The notes under the pieces are model-generated. The model was not told where the DNA came from, did not search any database, and saw only the letters and a program-made list of their open reading frames with translations. A stretch of DNA of 64,000 nucleotides from the human T2T-CHM13v2.0 reference genome, Homo sapiens. The stretch lies in NCBI RefSeq assembly GCF_009914755.1, contig NC_060927.1. The stretch is one strand, 5' to 3'. Shown here one piece after another: positions 55,651-64,000 of the stretch. Made by a program: the position numbers and the translations under genes. Each line of letters opens with the position of its first letter. Positions within the stretch are counted from its first letter, which is position 1.

Positions 55651-58600
55651 GGCTAGAAGAAAGCAAACATTTGGACTTTGCTGCCTTAACTGTTTACAGA
55701 AAGATAGAAAAGTAGAGAAATTTAGAAATTATCAAGCAAATGGTTTAAGTGATAGACAAGGGGATCTATGCCAAAAACTACAAAGATGAAAAAATAGGAT
55801 GAGACTGTAGTGATCATGGAGTGAAAAGGGACTAGAGGTCCCAGCAATGTTGAAGGGCCGGTGAAACGTGAACCCCCCTGGTCTGTAGGTTGATATTAGA
55901 GGGTGACAGATTTGACTATTCTACTTTGCAGCTTCCGTGTTTCCTGCATGGAAGGATTAGGGCTGGGAGGTGCAGTGGAAGTTCAAGTCACTGAAAATGA
56001 TGGAGAGGAGTGAGGATATTGAATGGTTGTTCATTGAACTGTTGAAGACCCTCCTGATGAAGCCATAGCTTGGGTAATGGTTCCAGAGAAAGGAAAGCCA
56101 GTGAGATCTTCAATACATGAAGAGAACAAAAGGAGACCAGCAAATGAGCCGAAACTATGGGGACAGAAAACAGCAAAAAGTGAGAGAAGTCAAAACACAC
56201 CTGCCTTTAGAAGTAATAATTTCATGCATGATTCTTATTTTCATGGGTTGGAAAATAATAAAGAGCATCCACTGCAAAGTGCTGAAGAAGATATGGTGCC
56301 CTCAGGGAAGATAGGTGTCTCCAGGAGAGTGTCTGGAGAGATACGAGGAAATAAGAAAGTTTACAGGGTTCAGATAAAGGAGAAATAGTGAGCTCCTTGG
56401 TATGGAATGGGGATTTCATGAAGCATCATGAAACAGATGTGGGTAGGTAAGGATGAATGGCAGTTATGGTCAGAAAAAAGGAAGCATAGACTTATATATA
56501 CAAAATTCCATGACAGGAGAGATAGCTGAAGACATTTACAATTTGGAGATTGACAAAGCATCATATAAATATGAATCTAGTGGGCTGTGGTGGACACCAA
56601 GGCTATTATTCAAATTATTCTCACCATTTGCCCTCTCATTCCCACATATTAAAAAAGGCAAACATCACTTCCTCCAATATTCTTCCTTCTTTACCCCTTA
56701 ATGCCTCTTTTGACCCTTTTCCCCATAATAGTAGTTTGAGGTTTTCCATATTATTGCATGCATCTTCCTGGTAAACATGGTACTTTCATCTGAATAACCA
56801 ACTTACCTGATCCATAGAATCCAGAATCTTAGAATTAATGTGAATTAATTTTATTCACATTAATCCTAAGGAGGGGTGGATTTGAGGAGGGGGCATCAAA
56901 CATGAATCATAACCTCAAAAGAATTAGAAATTGCAGAAACCTTCTCTTTAGATCACCTACAGAATGAAAGCAATATGTTGAATTTGATTTCCTCTAACTA
57001 GAAAGCTGAATTACCTTTGATCAGTAAATCACAGAGATAGATTTAGAGCAAATGCCATCATTCTACAAGTTACAACACTTTAAGAAAACACTGTACAAAT
57101 ACTATCAGGAAACATTTGAAAAAGTTCACAAGTAATTAAAATATATTTTTCAGCCAAATAGACATTTTATCTGCACATATTCAACATTATAAAGATTCAT
57201 TTCTTATAAAATATTTCCTATTTTTGACTAATTAGTGAAATTATTTGTACAAGTTTTTAAATAAAATTTATACAAGTGTCAACAAGTAATTATATAACAT
57301 CTATACAATAAGTAACAATTTACCCTAACCATTCTCTGTTAGATGTGGGTTTGTTAGCGAAGCTCTTAGGGAAACACCTTTTCTCTTGAGTCAGTAAGTA
57401 AATTACCCCTTTGATCTCTAATTTATATACCTAGTTCTTAATTTTATGAAATTGATACATTTTATGGAGATGTTCACATATTTGATTCATTCAGTGACAA
57501 TTTGTTGAAATATTGTGAGTTCCTGGGATAGAGAGGTTTAAGCTGAGGCAAACTCTGAGATTTATCCTGGACAGATATGGCATGAGGGCATAGAAGTGAA
57601 CTGCTAAAGCAAGATATAGTTCACAACAGGGGTACACAACAAAAGGCACTTCAAAACAGGAAATTCCTGAAAAATTTGGACAGAGGAAATTGTAAGCACA
57701 TTTTGTTTCGAGAGTCCAGCAAGGATTTTCTAAGACACACCAAAAATTCTCTTCTATCCATTTCCCTAAAGGAAATGGTTTCAAAAAAATGTAATAAAGG
57801 TCCATCAATCTCTTGTCTTTTAAAGTTAAATGCTTAGAAACATGCGTATTTATAATGACACTAATTGTATTGAACTCTAATTTTATAGTTGTTTCAGAAT
57901 TGCCAATTAAGTGATTTTCTTGTATAGTTCATAAAATCTGAGTGAGGTAGGTCATATTAGAGGAGCCTTAATGTGCATTATACTGTCCTAATGATGTCTT
58001 GTAAGCATTGCAGAATAGTGATACAAGTAAAGATTACTTAAAGTTTGTTTGTCATAAAACATTATTTTTTCATTTGAACCATTGTAGATAATCGTTTATA
58101 TAGCAATTCCAAGGAACTGTTATTTGAATCTAAATTTTCATTTAATTTATAAAGTTGCTTTAAAACATTCCACCAAGCAAAACTCGCCATCTCAACTTTT
58201 GTAAGTTCTTTATATGTTTATTTTCTGCCAAGGTAAAAACTAAACCAAGTAAAATTGGATTCTTTATTTTAGAAAATATTTGTAATTCACCTATAACTTA
58301 TAATTGCTATGAAACTTTAAAGTTAAAATTTATAACTGAGAGTGAGAATGAGAGAGTATCCATGCATGAGCATGAGAGAGAGAGAGAGAGAAAGGGAGGC
58401 ATTAAGTGAACCGAGAAGGGGGCCTATAGTGATTTATTCTCTTATATTTTCTTTGCATTTTACCATGTAAAAGCAATCAGCAATTTAGCAGTTCATAAAA
58501 GACTTTGATAACCAGTGGACAGAAAAATGAGAGTCATACAATGGAAGAAATATACACATGGACAGATGTGGAAATGGAGAAAACAATTTAAACAACATAT

Positions 58601-60494
58601 TTTCTGGCTGTTGATTTTTTACTTGACCTTATGAGTATTGGTTAATTTGTGTTTTAGTGTTGAACGACTATACATCCAGTGCAAAAAAAAAAAAACCTTG
58701 TCTTGTTAACCCTATAAAGGTCAAGCTAAGCTAATTTAAATTTCTAGGCTATTTCTACAATGCTATATTTTATATTTTATTTCTTGGTAATGCAAATAGT
58801 AGTAAGTTATGTTATTTTTATGTCATGGATTTCTACATAAGGCCTGAGACTTACAAATATGACACATTAGTGATGTTAAAGAAACAGAATTGATAAAGCA
58901 CTGTCTTCCTCATTTAAATCCTATTAAAGAATGACAGGTAGTAAATTAGAGAGATTTGAAAATTGTTTCAGTGTCATTGACTTCATCCCTCAGTTTTAAG
59001 AAGAATCCCTCCATAATCTTTGACTGCTATCAAAGACAAAATTCTAATTATCACACTTTGCTAAATTTTTCTGTATATTTTAATTTTTAACTACTTGGGA
59101 TAATTTATTGGTGGTCAGATATGCCCTGCTGTGGTCCTTTACATTTAAGAAACTCATTCAATAAAATAAGTCCCCTTTTTCAAGGACTAGCATGAACTGT
59201 AATGAGTCACGCATCTTCACTATTTCTCCAGTGATGTGTTGTACTAATACATCATTTCTGAAAGCTGTCTCTTTAATGATATATTAATATAATACATCAT
59301 CAGGCTAAGGGAGAAAAAGATGGATTGCTTAAAATATGGTGTCCTTCATAGAACAAAAGATTTTTAGAGCAGATTAATTTTAATTAGAGAAGAAAAGAAG
59401 TCTACCCTTAGCAAATTATATTAGCTCTACCCTGTCAGTATCTGCATCTCTTCACCTAATTTAAAGATTACATTTAATCTATTTTGTTTTGAAGCAATAC
59501 ATGTTGATTTTTGCTAGTTGTATTTGAAATATAGTCTTTTATGATTTTTAGTTGTTATATTCATAAGGCCTCTCCTCAACTAAAGTAGTTTTAACTAAAA
59601 CACATGTTGAAAAGGACTTTATATAGGGATGATGTGATTTTATGTTATTTTTAAGGATTCTTCATCATGTATGATAAATTATAAAAATTTATGTTATGTG
59701 AAAAATACTCATCTACTGAAGCATGCTCTGTGTGTGATTAACTATCATAATAAAATGCTGATCAGTTTGCTTATAAATTACTTTTGTTCCTATAGTTGAT
59801 GTTCTTACCAGGAATCAACCATGATTTTGCCATCTATGTGAATTTTACAGGTCATATAATCTCTCTTAACCTTAATTCTTTTCCTATAGAATAAAACTCT
59901 TAGTACTAGCTAATTTCTACATGCATTTTCAGCTCAAAGAACCTGCACGTCTGTCTTTGACTGTGCACCTGCATAAGACTCTTTGCAAATATTTAGTACA
60001 AACTTTTTGAAAAAAAAAATCAAATCAATATGGAGCCCAAGGAAACACCTTCCTCTACCATACTGCATCTTGTTTATTTGGCATCCTATCTTTTTGTTAT
60101 TCCTTCTATCCCTATAATTCCTTTTACATTTGTCATTTGTATCTGGTTAATTCAGTGATTCAAGTCTTGCTGATCCTTTCTCTAGATATTTTTATTCTTT
60201 CCTCATCTAGAATCATGTCAACTGGACACACAACCAGAAGATCCAGGCTCAGATTTTCATTGTATCTTTTTATAAGTTTTGAGAAGTTAAAAGTCATTTG
60301 TCATTGTATAACCAATTTGGAAAATTGTTTTTAGGTACTGACTAGAGTCAACCATGTATACCTTATGTGAAACTGAGTGTGTCATCTGGGTGCAGAAGAA
60401 GAGAAATCTTTATTTGTCTTTATTCATCTTTAAAATGATTCTACCTTGGGCAGACACATGCTGCCATAAAGTTAACAGAAAATTTATATTGTAT

Positions 60495-62458
60495 TTATTT
60501 TTTTTCATTCGTATGCATACATAATAATGGTTCATATTTATGTGATACACGTGATATTTTCATACAAGCAAAAAATGTGTAATGATCAAAACAGGATAAT
60601 TGAGATATTCATCACCTCAAACATGTATCATTTTGTGTGTGTGTATGTGTGTGTGTCGGGAATTTTCCAAATCACTCTTCTAGTTGTTTCAAAATATACA
60701 ATATATTATGGCTAACTATAGTCACCCTGTTGTGCTACTGAGCACTGGATCTCATTTCTTTTATCTAACTGTATTTTTGTAATCATTAACCAACCCCTAT
60801 TTATCCCTCCACACCTACTATCCTTCCCAGTCTCTCGTAACCATCATTCCATTCTCTACTTCCATGAGATCTGTTCTTCTAGTTACTACATAGGAGAGAA
60901 CACTTAATATTTGTCTTGCTATGCGTGAGTTATTTCAGTTAGCATAATGCCAGGATTTCTCCTAATGCATGTTGTTGCAACTGACAGAATTTCATGCTTT
61001 TTATGATGGAATAATATTCCATTGTGTGTATGTAACACATTTTCTTTTCCAATTCATGTGTTGATGGATACAGATTATGTTGATTCCATATCGTGGGTAC
61101 TGTGAAAACTGCTGCAATATATATGGGAGTGCAGATATCTCTTTAATATACTGATTTCCTTTCTTTTGGATATATACAGAGCAGTCAGATTTCTGGATTA
61201 TATGGTAGTTTTATTTTTAGTTTTATGAGAAATCTCCATTGTATTTTCCATAGTGGTTGTACTAATTTGCATTTCTCCCTACAGTGTACAAGCATTCCTC
61301 TTTTCCCACATTCTCATCAGCATTCATTTTTAACTCATTTTGATGAAAGCTATTTTAACTGGGGTAAGATGATAACCCACTGTGGTTTTTTAATTGCATT
61401 TCTCTGATGATTAGTGATGTAGAGAATTTTTTTATATACTTGCTGGTCATTGGTAGTTCTTTGTTTGAGGAATGTCTATTCAGACTTTTTGCTCCTTTTT
61501 AATTAAATTATTTGTGGGATTTTATTGCAATTGAGTTGAGTTCCTTAAATATTCTAGATAAATCCTTTGCCAGAAGGATAGTTGGCAAATATTTTATTTC
61601 ATTCTGCTGGTTGTCTCTTCACTTGATTATTTCCTTTGCTGTGAAAAAGCTTTTTAACTTGATGTAATCCCATGTGTCCATTTTTGCTTTGGATGCTTTT
61701 TGCTTTTGATGTGTTACTCAAAAAAATCTTTACCCAAAACTATGTCCTGAAGCATTTCCTCAATGTTTTCTTCTAGTCGTTTCATAGTTACAAGTCTTAT
61801 GTTTATGTCTTTAATCTATTTCAATTTTTTTATAGGTGAGAGATAGAGCTCTAGTTTTATTATTCTGCATATGGATATTCAGTTTTCCTGGCACCATTTA
61901 TTGAAGATAGTGTTCTTTCCCCGATGTATGTGCCTGGCATCTTTGTTGAAAATGAACTGACTGTAAATGTGTCTATTTAAGTATGGGTTCTCTAGTCTGT
62001 ACTATTGGTTTATATGTCTGTTTTATGCCAGTAACATGGTATTTTGGTAACAATAGCTTTGTGGTATAATTTGAAGTCAGGCAATGTGATGCACATGGCT
62101 TTATTCCCTTTGCTCAGAATTGCTTTGTGTATTCAGGGTCTTTTGTGGTTCTGTGTGATTTTTTTTTTCTATTTCTGTGGAAAATGTTATTGGTATTTTG
62201 GTAGGGATTGCATTGAATCTACAGATCACTTTTGGTAGTATGATGATTTTAAGAAAATTGATTCTTCCAATTAACACGGAATATCTTTGCATTATTTTGT
62301 GTCTCCTCTTCAATTTCTTTCATCAGTGTTTTATAGTTCTCACTGTAGAGACATTTTACTTCTCTGGATAAATTTTTCCTAGGTATTTTTGAGCTATCAT
62401 AAATGGGATTGATTTCATATTTTTTCAGATTATTCATTATTGATATATAGAAATGCAG
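60495..62458 (-). mobile_element. L1MA-type LINE, 5'-truncated (~2 kb)
   Basis: 3' UTR atgtgtaatgatcaaaacaggataattgagatattcatcacctcaaaca; ORF2 remnants 62101-62313 ([17 protein letters not shown]) and 62249-62470 ([15 protein letters not shown]). Confidence 0.92.
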
Positions 62459-63067
62459 GTTATTTTCCATCTAATTCACTAGTAAGATCAAGCTTGTTGT
62501 CAAATTCACTTAATTGTTTTTAGATGAACTCTATAATTAAGACACAATTTTCACTGTGAATGTTGTCACCAATATTTCTCCCAGTATTACAAACATAATT
62601 TTTTTCTAATTGCTAAATATTTTTTTAAAAATATAGGTACTTTGTTACTATAAATTTGAAATATTTGGGTTCTATATTTATAATTTTTTATATGTTATGA
62701 AATTGCATATCCTAAATTGTATATAAGTGGTAAGATTTTTCTGCTTTTAAAAAATCATAAACTGAAATGGTGTATTGCTAAGTTCATATTATAACAGTTA
62801 ATTTAAATTTGGCTGTAAAGCTTTTAGAGGTAATTAACATTGTGAGAAAATTAACCAACTTACTTTTTTTGTAAAATATTATTTAAGTAAAAATCAAAAA
62901 GAATTATAGTAATTTAATCTATAGAAGATTATATGGTTGTTAGAATTTGAAAATATTCAAATATGGTTTAGTATTTAATGTAAGTTACTTATTAATTGGG
63001 TAGCATTTTTACCCACAGTATGGATTAATGTTAGACATAAGAGAAAATTAAATCATTATTGGAAGTG

Positions 63068-63760
63068 CAGTCATGAGCCACACAATACTTTGGTCAAAAA
63101 CAGCATGTATGATGTTGGTTTGATAAAAATATAATACCGAAGTATAATACCAAGTATAATACCTATTTTTTTTGTTCAGGTATGTTTAGAGACACAAGTA
63201 CTTACCATTGTATTACAATTGCATACAGTATTCAGTACAGAAACATGCTGGGCAGGTTTTTAGCTCAATAGCAAAGGACTATAGCATATAGGCTAGGTGT
63301 GTACCAGACTATACCATCTAGATTTGTGTAACTACGCTCTATATTGCTGGCATGACAAAATTGTGTAATGACACTGTATTAGTCCACTTTCACGCTGCTG
63401 ACAAAGACATAAGCGAGGCTGGGAAGAAAAAGAGGTTTGATTGGACTTACAGCTCCACGTGACTGGGGACGCCTCAGAATCATGGCGGGAGGCAAAAGGC
63501 ACTTGTTACACGGCAGCAGCAAGAGAAAATGAGAGGGAAGCAAAAGCGGAAACCCCTGATAAACCCATCAGATCTGGTGAGACTTATTCACTATGATGAA
63601 AATAGCACGGGAAAGACCAGCCCCCATGATTCTGTTACCTCCCCATGGGTCCCTCCCACAACATGTGGGAATTCTGGGAGATACAATTCAAGTTAAGATT
63701 TGAATGGGGACACAGAAAAACCATATCAGACACATTTCTCAGAATGTATCCCTGTTACTT
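63068..63760 (+). mobile_element. Tigger3a DNA transposon split by THE1C
   Basis: cagtcatgagcc...cttaccattgtattacaattgcatacagtattcagtacag...; resumes atttctcagaatgtatccctgtt. Confidence 0.85.
63375..63728 (-). mobile_element. THE1C solo LTR
   Basis: tgtattagtcc...gggaagaaaaagaggttt...aagcggaaacccctgataaacccatcagatc...aaccatatca; TSD GACAC (63370-63374 / 63729-63733). Confidence 0.93.
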
Positions 63761-63779
63761 TATTTCCTTACCACCTACT

Positions 63780-64000
63780 TGATTGAGTTGAAAACTGACC
63801 CTCCAAAAACCTGCACACAAATTTTTATAGCAGTTTTATTCATAATTTCTAAAACTGGAAGCAACTAAGATGATGTTCCTCAATGGGCGAATGAATAAGT
63901 ACTGTGATACCACTATAGAATGGGATATAATTTGGCAATAAAAATAAATAAACTACAGAGCCCCCCCCCAAAAAAACCAAAGGAACCTTAAAATCATATG
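63780..64000 (+). mobile_element. L1MC/MD 3' region fragment (runs off the window)
   Basis: gagttgaaaact...aaaacctgcacacaaatttttatagcagttttattcataat...aaaactggaagcaactaagatg. Confidence 0.75.

Noticed and set aside
63128-63163. Triplicated aagtataatacc motif
   Set aside because: Local slippage inside Tigger3a; ordinary.

Overview
AT-rich primate (human-like) genomic DNA, intronic or intergenic. No prokaryotic features, no CRISPR array, no recognisable RNA gene and no supportable multi-exon CDS; the ORFs I could attribute arise from repeats or chance. Roughly half the window is interspersed repeats: eight Alus and a FAM, many MIR/L2 relics, a near full-length antisense L1MA carrying four nested insertions, other L1 fragments, two 2-LTR MaLR elements (THE1D, MSTB-type), solo LTRs (LTR12, LTR13A, LTR27-like, MER31, MLT1/2, MSTA, THE1C) and DNA transposons (Tigger3a x2, MER96B, Charlie). 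Repeat subfamily names come from recalled consensus sequences and need RepeatMasker/Dfam confirmation; boundaries without a TSD are approximate. The most notable observations are a 30-nt candidate microexon with consensus splice sites (28168-28197, +), a perfect 116-bp tandem duplication inside an ancient FAM, a 94-bp non-repeat segment duplicated about 3 kb away, a 44-bp-arm inverted repeat beside a (TA)n tract, and an inverted LTR/internal cassette inside the MSTB element. I found no evidence for a novel multi-component biological system.
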